From a virus (lineage: Duplodnaviria > Caudoviricetes), in IMG/VR virus record IMGVR_UViG_3300037424_002164, positions 1 to 64,000 of that record: 64,000 nt of DNA; one strand, 5' to 3'. Positions within the stretch are counted from its first letter, which is position 1, and every line of letters starts with the position of its first letter. Under the pieces are notes generated by a model. That model worked only from the letters and a program-made list of their open reading frames with translations, searched no databases and was not told the origin of the DNA. Positions 34,789 to 42,854 of the stretch are shown piece by piece. A program made the position numbers and the translations under genes.

Positions 34789-34986
34789 ATGCCTAGCAGA
34801 AAAACATCACGTGCGGCGGCGGAGATGGCGAAGGCCCGGGCCGCCAGCATGTCTCCAGAACGACGCCGCGAAATCGCTGGCATCGCGGGCCGCTCCCGGA
34901 TGACGAGGCTGACCAAGGCGCGCCGGATCGAGATTGCGAAGAAGGCGGCGGCGGCGCGGTGGGGCGTCAAGAAGACCGCGGGCTGA
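34789..34986 (+). CDS. Small basic putative DNA-binding protein ('SPERRREIA..KAAAARW' type)
   Basis: KARAASMSPERRREIA...IAKKAAAARW; same motif occurs N-terminal to P63C-domain proteins. Confidence 0.7.
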   Translation: MPSRKTSRAAAEMAKARAASMSPERRREIAGIAGRSRMTRLTKARRIEIAKKAAAARWGVKKTAG

Positions 34987-34993
34987 GGGCATC

Positions 34994-35581
34994 GTGAGAC
35001 TCTGGCATCCCAACCGCCTGCAATGGGTCGTCATCTGGGCGACGTTTCTCACTGCGAGCCACCTCTCGCTGGATCTTAAGTTGTCTGATTGGTTGCCGGA
35101 ATCCGGTCGGTCTTGGGGATTGTTCGCCTATTTAGATCGAGCAGACCGGACACCTAAAGGCCGCAACCATCTAAGCGTGGTAATTCTGGCGACGGGCGGC
35201 TTGATTTTGTGGCACTTTTCGGGGAGGAAGCGGCCGAAAGAGGTAGGGGCGGGATCAGCCGGAGGTTGTGCGAGTCTCCGAAAGCGCTGCGAGCTACTGT
35301 TGCAAGCAAACAAAGCTCTGGATGCGCTCCGGGATTCCGAGGAGGGTACGGCGGACACGGAAGAAATCCAACGGCTTCAGAATATCCTCGACAGCTTGAC
35401 ACTGCAGGCGATGAAGGAGCAGCCGCCCCCAGAGAGTGAAGCCAAAACTGGCGGGTTGTTCGGCCTCATCGTGTTGATAGGGATTTTTATGTTGCTTTGG
35501 ATGGTTACGGACACACCCGAGAGGCGAACAAGCCATCCCGTCTTCGGCGCTCCCGCCTTCCGGCCCGCTCGGGGGTTTTGA
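34994..35581 (+). CDS. Membrane protein (moron-like)
   Basis: Three hydrophobic segments. Confidence 0.55.
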   Translation: MRLWHPNRLQWVVIWATFLTASHLSLDLKLSDWLPESGRSWGLFAYLDRADRTPKGRNHLSVVILATGGLILWHFSGRKRPKEVGAGSAGGCASLRKRCELLLQANKALDALRDSEEGTADTEEIQRLQNILDSLTLQAMKEQPPPESEAKTGGLFGLIVLIGIFMLLWMVTDTPERRTSHPVFGAPAFRPARGF

Positions 35582-35635
35582 CCCGTGGACCAGCGGAGGA
35601 AGCAGGGCCAAGGGGAAGAAGGATCAAAGGGCATA

Positions 35636-36202
35636 ATGGACGCGAAACTCAAAGCGAAACTCACAGAGGCTATCGAGAAGGCCTACGAACGCAGAGACAA
35701 ACTCCAAATGCGGTACAGTTTGCGTACCAAAAAGGGCGCACAAAACGTACCGTTTTCTGTACAGAAACTGTACCATTTGCTTCACGTCGAGGCCCGGCGC
35801 AACATGGTGCGCGCCCGACTCTGGCGGAAGATCGAAACGGCGCTCGCCCAGGATAGCGTCGAACGCCTGATCGGCGAATTCATCCGCAAGCACCAGCGCT
35901 CCGCCGAAGACGAGGCGCAGCTCCGCCTTCCCGGATTTGAATATTTGCCGGCGCGCATCCGCGCTGGAAGGCAGTCGCTGATATTCGCCAGAGCCACGGT
36001 AGCCCAGTTCCTGGCGTACAAGGCGCGTTACGAGCAGCGGGCCGAAAAAGATCAGCGGGTGATGGATGAGTTGCGGCGGCTGGCTGAGAGCGTGGGCCGA
36101 TTCGCCGACGGGCATCCCGGCCTTACGATTGCCGAGGCATTGGAGCGGGCTCAAGGAACCGGCGGCGCGATCCGCCTTGTGGTTGCGGGGGCTGACCGCT
36201 GA
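35636..36202 (+). CDS. Hypothetical protein
   Basis: MDAKLKAKL...QLRLPGFEYLP. Confidence 0.7.
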   Translation: MDAKLKAKLTEAIEKAYERRDKLQMRYSLRTKKGAQNVPFSVQKLYHLLHVEARRNMVRARLWRKIETALAQDSVERLIGEFIRKHQRSAEDEAQLRLPGFEYLPARIRAGRQSLIFARATVAQFLAYKARYEQRAEKDQRVMDELRRLAESVGRFADGHPGLTIAEALERAQGTGGAIRLVVAGADR

Positions 36203-36235
36203 ACAGGATGGTCCCAGTCGTAAGGAAAGGAAGCC

Positions 36236-37279
36236 ATGAATCGTTCGACGTTCTCAAGTATCGGAATCCCAGTCCTTTTGCTGTTCGTGTTCGTATCCGC
36301 TTTCCCAACCCAGGCCCAGACCTGCATCGGCGAGGTGAAGCCTCTCAAACCCATCAATTGCCAGAATGCGGCGCCGGCCTGCCTGTGCGACGAGCTGGGC
36401 CTGAACTGCCGCTGGATCTGGTCTTGCACTCCACGGGGTTACGACTCCACCACTTCACGGGCGGAGGAGCCGTCACGGCCAGCCGGAGGCATCGATGCTC
36501 GCATCCCGCTGATGGTGCAGCCGCCGCAGGCTGGCAACAGCGGCCTGGACATCCTTCTTCAATACGCGGTCGCTGAACGCCTTAGCGAACCGCGGACTCC
36601 GCCACCTCCTGTGCATCCGACAACAGGCGCAGAATGGAGGGCCGTACTGGCCGCAAAGTCCGTGTACCTGGTCAATGCCAGCCATGACGGTGGACTCTTT
36701 GAAGGTCTCTATGGGCGGCTCCAGAAATGGGGACGGTGGGGCGTGGTCCAGGACGAACGCGACGCCGACCTCATCCTGGCACTGTCGGATGGCTACGAGT
36801 TCAACAAGCCGCGCTATCTGGCGGTTCTGCACCCGAGGACCAGGGCCCGGCTGTTTTTCGTCTCATGCGAGCGCCGAGTCACGGCGGGTTACACCGCCGG
36901 CGTGCTGGTCAACCGGCTGCGCAAGCGAATCGAGGCAATTAATAAACGCCCCATCGTTCCGGTGGCCGACAAGGATCTGGCGGCAGTCGGGACGAACGCT
37001 GCCCCTCCGGTTCCTGAGCGTTGGGCTTCAATGGTCGCGGTCGCGCGGGAGCGTTACGGGGATTGGGATGCGGCAACCAAGAGTGCCGAGACAGAGAGGC
37101 TGGCCATCACACCTGCCATGACGCAGGCCGTTTTCGGGTCGCAACTCGGCGCGGATTTGGTCTACTGGCTCGCGAAGCACCCCGAGGAATGCCGGCGGAT
37201 CGCGGCGTTGTCTCCAACTTCCGCCGCCATGGAGTTGGGCAGGATCGAGGAGCGACTTGCGGCAGTGGTAGGGAAGTAG
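36236..37279 (+). CDS. Secreted modular protein with scaffold-like C-terminal domain
   Basis: Signal peptide, Cys-rich module, LQKWGRW..DADLIL module, C-terminal LGADLVYWLAKHPEECRRIAALSPTSAAMELGRIEERL. Confidence 0.75.
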   Translation: MNRSTFSSIGIPVLLLFVFVSAFPTQAQTCIGEVKPLKPINCQNAAPACLCDELGLNCRWIWSCTPRGYDSTTSRAEEPSRPAGGIDARIPLMVQPPQAGNSGLDILLQYAVAERLSEPRTPPPPVHPTTGAEWRAVLAAKSVYLVNASHDGGLFEGLYGRLQKWGRWGVVQDERDADLILALSDGYEFNKPRYLAVLHPRTRARLFFVSCERRVTAGYTAGVLVNRLRKRIEAINKRPIVPVADKDLAAVGTNAAPPVPERWASMVAVARERYGDWDAATKSAETERLAITPAMTQAVFGSQLGADLVYWLAKHPEECRRIAALSPTSAAMELGRIEERLAAVVGK

Positions 37280-37283
37280 AACC

Positions 37284-37508
37284 GTGGCCCATCTCGTCGA
37301 ACTCATTTTCACCACGGAGATTGCTGGCAGCGGAGTCGAAGGGGATCCGATCCGCTGTCGCCCTCAACTTTGGACGAAGGACGGCCAGTTGGTCGCGGAG
37401 AGCGACCCGGCCACAGGCAAAGGGTTCTTTAACTGGACGGTGAACCTGGGGCCGCCGCCGCACATCCTCAGCCAGCCACCGCCCGCGCCGCCACCCGATC
37501 ATAAATAG
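37284..37508 (+). CDS. Hypothetical protein
   Basis: GSGVEGDPIR...WTKDGQLVAESDP. Confidence 0.6.
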   Translation: MAHLVELIFTTEIAGSGVEGDPIRCRPQLWTKDGQLVAESDPATGKGFFNWTVNLGPPPHILSQPPPAPPPDHK

Positions 37509-37929
37509 CCAGCAGCACCAGCCTCTGCGCCTCCCGGTCCAGCTTCTCGATCTCGTGGTCGACAGACGTCATAACCCGCGCCGCGGCGCCTGCCGGGTCC
37601 ACCAAGACCGGTTGCGGCGGATCGAGCGCGCGCTTCGCGATCGGACCCAGGTCCACCGTCCAGTCCCGATTGACGGCCGATGTCCTGGCGAGCTCCCGCC
37701 ACTCGCCGGCAACATGCTGCCAAAGGATATACAGCATCGGCCGCCGGCGATGACCCCAGCCAAGCCCGACCTGGCCGGCGCATTCCAGGACGAGGCCGGA
37801 CGCCGGCATCTGCTCCGCCGGGATCTCGGCCCCAGGCGCCAGCAGCTCGCCTTCAAAGTCCCAGCCGCCCCAGATCCGGTCGGTTTTCATTGCCCGGATG
37901 AGCTTCAAGTACGTGATTGCATTCCGCAT
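37468..37929 (-). CDS. Hypothetical protein (isolated antisense gene)
   Basis: MRNAITYLKL...LYILWQ..GEWRELAR. Confidence 0.65.
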   Translation of the reverse strand: MRNAITYLKLIRAMKTDRIWGGWDFEGELLAPGAEIPAEQMPASGLVLECAGQVGLGWGHRRRPMLYILWQHVAGEWRELARTSAVNRDWTVDLGPIAKRALDPPQPVLVDPAGAAARVMTSVDHEIEKLDREAQRLVLLAIYDRVAARAVAG

Positions 37930-38075
37930 CGCCGTGCGGGGAAGGTGGACCGTGGGGCGAACGGCGTCGCTATCCGGTCTCGGGGGGGGGGTCACACTCT
38001 GATAGTGCGTAGCGGCTACGCATCGTGTCAACTGTGGAACGATTCGGTACTTTGGTAATTTTCCCCCCGTACCTC

Positions 38076-38104
38076 TTGCCTAGCAGCTTGGCATGTATGA
38101 TACT
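38076..38104 (+). promoter_or_regulatory. Sigma70 promoter, near-leaderless
   Basis: TTGCCT-N17-GATACT, ATG 8 nt downstream. Confidence 0.65.
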
Positions 38105-38112
38105 GGGAAGCG

Positions 38113-38253
38113 ATGGCTAGGAAAAAGGTACTCGTGGACGTCAGGGAGAGCGGAAAGAAGGGCGGCTTGGCGCGGGCCCGGAACCTCACCCCTGAAGAGC
38201 GTAAGCTGTCCGCGCGCAAGGCTGCCCAGGCGCGCTGGGGGAAGAAACGGTGA
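38113..38253 (+). CDS. Small basic putative DNA-binding protein, paralog of 34789
   Basis: Hand-translated MARKKVLVDVRESGKKGGLARARNLTPEERKLSARKAAQARWGKKR. Confidence 0.7.
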   Translation: MARKKVLVDVRESGKKGGLARARNLTPEERKLSARKAAQARWGKKR

Positions 38254-38492
38254 CCAAAGCCGCCACCATCCTTGCACTCAAGGCCGAGATTGAACTCCTG
38301 CGGCGCGAGCTTCAGGCTCTGTTGCGCGAACGCCAGGGGTGGTCGGAGACAGCGACCTATCTGCGGCTCCGGAATGAGGAACTGGAAGCTGGCGCTCGGA
38401 ACAATGCTTCGAAGCTGAAGACTCTCCAGCGGGAGAACCGGAAGCTGAAGGCGCTGGCCAGGCGGAAGCCCAAGAAGGGAGCAGGGCATTGA
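38250..38492 (+). CDS. Coiled-coil protein
   Basis: GTGA coupling, heptads. Confidence 0.6.
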   Translation: MTKAATILALKAEIELLRRELQALLRERQGWSETATYLRLRNEELEAGARNNASKLKTLQRENRKLKALARRKPKKGAGH

Positions 38493-39100
38493 TTCCCCCG
38501 GAAGAAGCGAAAGCTGAAGAACAGCACCACGACGCCGAGATTGAGAACGGGATTCGGACTCTCTGCGAGGCTTTGGCCGAGGCCGGGCGCCGGTTGGTGG
38601 AGAAGGAAGCCGCGCGCCGGCAGTGGGAGGAAACGGCGATTAGGCAGATGCAACTCATCAAGACGATCGAGACGGAGGTTTCTGGGTTGGGGTCTTTGAT
38701 CCCGGAGCATCTGCGCATACCGTGTCCCGGCCCCGTCATTCCGGGCATCCGGTACGGAATCACGAAGATGCGCGAAGAACTTGATGCCGCAAGGAGTATC
38801 GGCTTCGATCCAGCCCGCCCGGACGGCGGGATTCAGCAGCTCGTGGCAGAGAAGATAGCGGCCGAGGGCCGGCTGAAAGCGATCATCAAGCACCACTTGG
38901 CGATTGCATCCTTCGAGCGTGATGGCCAGACGATCTACCAGGTTTACGAGCCGGGCTTCGGGAATTCGGAAAAGCGGGCCTATTTCGGAACTCCCTATGA
39001 CGAGGATGATGTCCTTGTGACGGGACCAGACCCCTACGCCGCCCTGGACGCGGCGATCGAGAAGGCGGAGAATCCCGTAAAGCGGGGAACTCGCGAATGA
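38489..39100 (+). CDS. Hypothetical protein
   Basis: Coupled; 203 aa. Confidence 0.65.
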   Translation: MIPPEEAKAEEQHHDAEIENGIRTLCEALAEAGRRLVEKEAARRQWEETAIRQMQLIKTIETEVSGLGSLIPEHLRIPCPGPVIPGIRYGITKMREELDAARSIGFDPARPDGGIQQLVAEKIAAEGRLKAIIKHHLAIASFERDGQTIYQVYEPGFGNSEKRAYFGTPYDEDDVLVTGPDPYAALDAAIEKAENPVKRGTRE

Positions 39101-39312
39101 GCGACGAACCTAAACCGATGCCCGTGAAACTCCACATCCTGGAACCGATCTGCCAAATGAAGTCGCACGAAGCTCGGATGACGGAGGCTGAGGCTCGACT
39201 CATTCTGTCCGGTTGGCTCCGGCGGCCGCATCAGTATCTGGAAGACAGAGCTCGGGCAGTGCTTGAGGAACTGGCAGCAATGAAGAAGCCAAAACTGGAC
39301 AAAGCCGAATGA
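39097..39312 (+). CDS. Hypothetical protein whose N-terminus duplicates that of the downstream ATPase
   Basis: MSDEPKPMPVKLHI vs MSAEPKPMPIRLHI. Confidence 0.6.
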   Translation: MSDEPKPMPVKLHILEPICQMKSHEARMTEAEARLILSGWLRRPHQYLEDRARAVLEELAAMKKPKLDKAE

Positions 39313-41162
39313 GCGCCGAACCTAAACCGATGCCCATCAGACTCCACATCGCCGAAGACCTGAGCCTGCCGCTCGAGGCCGTCACCCAGACCTTCGCGAT
39401 CCTGGCGAAGCGGCGCGCCGGCAAGAGCTTCACTGCCCGCAGGTTCGCCGAGCAGCTCCACCATGCTGGTCAGCAAGTCGTCATAGTGGACCCCAAGGGG
39501 GACTGGTGGGGAATTCGTTCCTCAGCCGACGGCAAGGCGCCGGGTTTACCCTTCGTGATTCTCGGTGGCGAGCATGGCGACGTGCCGCTCGAAGCCGGCG
39601 CCGGTTCCGTGGTGGCGAAGCTCGTAGTCGAGGAGCGGGTCAGCGTCCTGCTCGATCTTTCTCATCTACGGAAGTCCGAGGTCGCGCGGTTTATGGGAGG
39701 CCCAATGCCTCCGAGGGCGGGGGAGGAAGGTTTTCTGGAGGTTCTCTACCGGCTGAAGGCCCGCGAGCAGTATCGCACGCCGGTGATGCTCGTGATCGAC
39801 GAGGCCGATGCCATCGCCCCGCAAAGGCCCATGAAGGGAGAGGAGCGCATGCTTGGTGCGGCCGAGGATGTCGTCCGCCGCGGTGGGCAGAGGGGTATCG
39901 GCTGCATGATGGTGAGCCAACGTTCGGCCGTCCTAAACAAGAACCTGTTGACCCAGCTCCAGGTGCTGGTCGCGCTGCGCACCATCTCTCCGCAGGATCT
40001 GGGGGCGATAGACGCATGGACCGACGTGCACGGGACTGAGGCAGAGCGCAAGACGCTCAAGGCCAGTCTGCCGGCACTCCCGACCGGCGACGCCTGGTTC
40101 TGGTCTCCCGGTTGGCCGACCGCGGAAGGCATCTTCAAGAGGGTTCACGTCCTGCCGATCAAGACCTTTGATTCGGGAGCCACTCCGGAGCCTGGCAAGA
40201 AACGGATCGAGCCGAAGAACCTGGCGGACATCGACCTGGAAACCCTGAGCCGGCAGATGTCGGCCACCATTGAGCGTGCCAAGGCGGATGACCCGCGCGA
40301 GCTGCGCAAACAGATTGTCACGCTTCAGGCGGAACTTCGGAAGAAGGGGGTTACGGCGCCGGCTCCGGATCCGGACGCGATCGAGCGGGCAAAGGCGGAG
40401 GGTTACGCCGCCGGCGTGAAGGACGGGCGGGCGGACACGGATATCATTGCTGAGCACTGGGAGCGAGCGGCAGCGTTGATCGGACAGGCGGAGTCGGTCA
40501 TGAGCAGCGCGTTCACAGCGGTGATTTCCTCCCGGAACCAGCCCAAGCCGGTATTGTCAATGCCCGCCCCTGCGCAGGTTGTCAACCGGCCGGGAGTAGG
40601 CAACTCGCCGCTGACAATTGCGGAGCGCAAACTCGCCGCAGAGCGGCTCAAATCGGTAGGGGAGCAGATCAGTTTCGCGCGGGTCGTTTCCAGAGAGTTC
40701 GAGCGCAGCAACTCCGGCCTGCGGCGGATGCTGATCGCCCTGGCGCAGCGGAATGGCCTGAGCGCCCGGCAGCTCGGAGTCCGGGCGGGGATGTCCAGCT
40801 CGAGTGGAACGTTCGGCACGTATATGGGAAAAGCGCGGTCGGAAGGCTGGATCACGGGCAGCCGGGATCGGCTGGAAATCACCGAGGCGGGTCGGAAGGC
40901 TCTGGGATCATACGATCCCTTGCCGGAGGGCAGGGAACTGCTGGCCTACTGGCTCGGAGAGTTGGGCGGGGGCGCGGCGCGGATGCTCGAAGAGCTGGTA
41001 AAGCGTTACCCGCGCGCGATGACGGCCGAGGAAGTGGGCGAGGCGGCTGGAATGTCCGCGGCGAGCGGCACGTTCGGAACCTACCTCGGGAAACTGCGGA
41101 CGCTGGAGCTGGTCCACGGCGGGCGCTCGGATCTGAAGGCGAGCGAGGAGTTGTTTGGATGA
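39309..41162 (+). CDS. HerA/DUF87-like P-loop ATPase with C-terminal tandem wHTH
   Basis: ILAKRRAGKS, VIVDPKGD, LVIDEAD, MVSQR; two SGTFGTY(M/L)GK repeats. Confidence 0.8.
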   Translation: MSAEPKPMPIRLHIAEDLSLPLEAVTQTFAILAKRRAGKSFTARRFAEQLHHAGQQVVIVDPKGDWWGIRSSADGKAPGLPFVILGGEHGDVPLEAGAGSVVAKLVVEERVSVLLDLSHLRKSEVARFMGGPMPPRAGEEGFLEVLYRLKAREQYRTPVMLVIDEADAIAPQRPMKGEERMLGAAEDVVRRGGQRGIGCMMVSQRSAVLNKNLLTQLQVLVALRTISPQDLGAIDAWTDVHGTEAERKTLKASLPALPTGDAWFWSPGWPTAEGIFKRVHVLPIKTFDSGATPEPGKKRIEPKNLADIDLETLSRQMSATIERAKADDPRELRKQIVTLQAELRKKGVTAPAPDPDAIERAKAEGYAAGVKDGRADTDIIAEHWERAAALIGQAESVMSSAFTAVISSRNQPKPVLSMPAPAQVVNRPGVGNSPLTIAERKLAAERLKSVGEQISFARVVSREFERSNSGLRRMLIALAQRNGLSARQLGVRAGMSSSSGTFGTYMGKARSEGWITGSRDRLEITEAGRKALGSYDPLPEGRELLAYWLGELGGGAARMLEELVKRYPRAMTAEEVGEAAGMSAASGTFGTYLGKLRTLELVHGGRSDLKASEELFG

Positions 41163-41446
41163 CAGACATGGACAACAGGATTAAGTTGTACCCGGAGCCG
41201 GAACCCGGCGTCGAAATAACGGTTCGCTACGAGGGCCCGGTGCGCAAGATCACCACCGTGTTCTTCTTCCCCAACGGAGCCATAGCCTGCTGCGACGAGC
41301 GCGGCGAGCAAGTCGTAGAGTGGCAGACAAATCTGCTGTGCGATCATCTCCGGAAGATGCGGGAGGCAGGAGTTATCGACAAGTCCACCAAACTGAACGT
41401 GGCGGGCGAGGAAATCACCGCCGGAGAATACATACCGTGGGAGTGA
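41159..41446 (+). CDS. Hypothetical protein
   Basis: Coupled; FFFPNGAIACCDERGEQV. Confidence 0.65.
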   Translation: MTDMDNRIKLYPEPEPGVEITVRYEGPVRKITTVFFFPNGAIACCDERGEQVVEWQTNLLCDHLRKMREAGVIDKSTKLNVAGEEITAGEYIPWE

Positions 41447-41646
41447 ATCTACATTGGCGGCCGGTTAAGGGAGGGAAGGAAGTCGGCGGCGGTGCGATTC
41501 GTGAGCTGCTTATGGATAGGAAACGATTCTGGGATGCTTCCGACGTTCCATATCTGCAAGGCCTGCGCGATGGGGGAGTGGACGGCGCGGCTGAGTTGAT
41601 CGAGGCGATCAAGAAGCACCAAGAGATCGAATTGTACGTCCAGTGA
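41443..41646 (+). CDS. Hypothetical protein
   Basis: GTGA coupling; YLQGLRDGGVDGAAELIEAI. Confidence 0.6.
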   Translation: MNLHWRPVKGGKEVGGGAIRELLMDRKRFWDASDVPYLQGLRDGGVDGAAELIEAIKKHQEIELYVQ

Positions 41647-41656
41647 TGGTACGGAA

Positions 41657-41890
41657 GTGAACTCCCGGCAGCAGGCGGCCATGCTCTTGCGCATCTTTGC
41701 GAAGCTGGCCACAGTTCCCTTCATCCGTGAGAAGCTGCGCCGGGCAGCGGATTACGTGAAGGCAACCGAGGCGATCGAGGACCCGGTACAGCTCGGGGGC
41801 ATGCTGTTTATGGACAGCTTCGACACTGAGCGGACCAGGCGGAAGACAGAGGAATTGTGGGATGCTCCTCCCATGGCCGGAGGACGATAA
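41657..41890 (+). CDS. Hypothetical protein
   Basis: Operon packing. Confidence 0.5.
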   Translation: MNSRQQAAMLLRIFAKLATVPFIREKLRRAADYVKATEAIEDPVQLGGMLFMDSFDTERTRRKTEELWDAPPMAGGR

Positions 41891-41901
41891 TAGAGGGAGA
41901 T

Positions 41902-42294
41902 ATGGACCTGAACCGTGAACAAATCGCACGCATTGCACACGAGACGAACCGTGCGTATTGCGAATCGATAGGCGACCTGAGCCAACTTCCTTGGGACGCC
42001 GCACCGGAATGGCAACAGCAGTCTGCCCTGAGCGGGGTAACTTTCCACCTCGAAAACCTGGCGGCAGGCGTAGAGCCATCCCCGTCCGCAAGTCACGACG
42101 CCTGGCTGAAGGACAAAGCTGAGGCGGGCTGGACCTACGGCCTGGTGAAAGACGTGGAGAGAAAACGGCATCCGTGCTTCGTCCCCTACGACCAGCTCCC
42201 CGCTGAACAGAGGATGAAGGATTATCTGTTTGCCGCTATCTGTGGCGCCTTCTTTCGATGCCACTCGATTGCGACGATGAGCAGCTCGGGATAA
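41902..42294 (+). CDS. Stand-alone RyR domain protein
   Basis: IARIAHETNR...SHDAWLKDK..GWTYG.VKD..KRHPCFVPYDQLPAEQRMKD. Confidence 0.85.
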   Translation: MDLNREQIARIAHETNRAYCESIGDLSQLPWDAAPEWQQQSALSGVTFHLENLAAGVEPSPSASHDAWLKDKAEAGWTYGLVKDVERKRHPCFVPYDQLPAEQRMKDYLFAAICGAFFRCHSIATMSSSG

Positions 42295-42301
42295 AAGCAG
42301 G

Positions 42302-42847
42302 ATGGAGATTTCGCGCAGGAACTTCGTAGCGGCAGTGATCTCTGCGGCAGCGGGCTATCACCTGCCCAAGGCCTTGGGTGCCTATCAGCCAGGCTGGAAG
42401 CCTCCCATCGGCGTGTGGCTCCCCCATGAGCTTCATGCCTTCATCCACGAAAGACTCGGCAGCATCGATCTTCGGATTGGAGGAGAGACCCGGTACTTTG
42501 CCACCGACATCGACACCTACAACCCTCTCACGAGGGCGGTGTCACCGGCGAGCCAGATCCTGATGGGCTGCTATGTTCGCTACCAGTCCCTGGCACATCT
42601 TCCGGCTGACATGAACCAAGCTGAGCACGCCGCCTGGAAAATGCTCGGAACGTTTTCGGTGATCGGCCCGGATGAACTCGGCCCAGGCAATGGACTCACT
42701 TGGTATTCGATGAAATTCTCCGAGGTAGCCTGCGAGTCCGACTCCGATGATGTCGAGGTCGTTTCTGGTGACCAGGTGGTAGTCTGCGAGTTCGACGATA
42801 TCTATGTCTCTGGTGACCCGGTAGCGATGGAGCGATTCCGATCTTGA
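42302..42847 (+). CDS. Tat-signal-like protein, paralog 1
   Basis: MEISRRNFVAAVI; PIGVWL.HELH, RYFATDIDT. Confidence 0.7.
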   Translation: MEISRRNFVAAVISAAAGYHLPKALGAYQPGWKPPIGVWLPHELHAFIHERLGSIDLRIGGETRYFATDIDTYNPLTRAVSPASQILMGCYVRYQSLAHLPADMNQAEHAAWKMLGTFSVIGPDELGPGNGLTWYSMKFSEVACESDSDDVEVVSGDQVVVCEFDDIYVSGDPVAMERFRS

Positions 42848-42854
42848 GGTGTTG

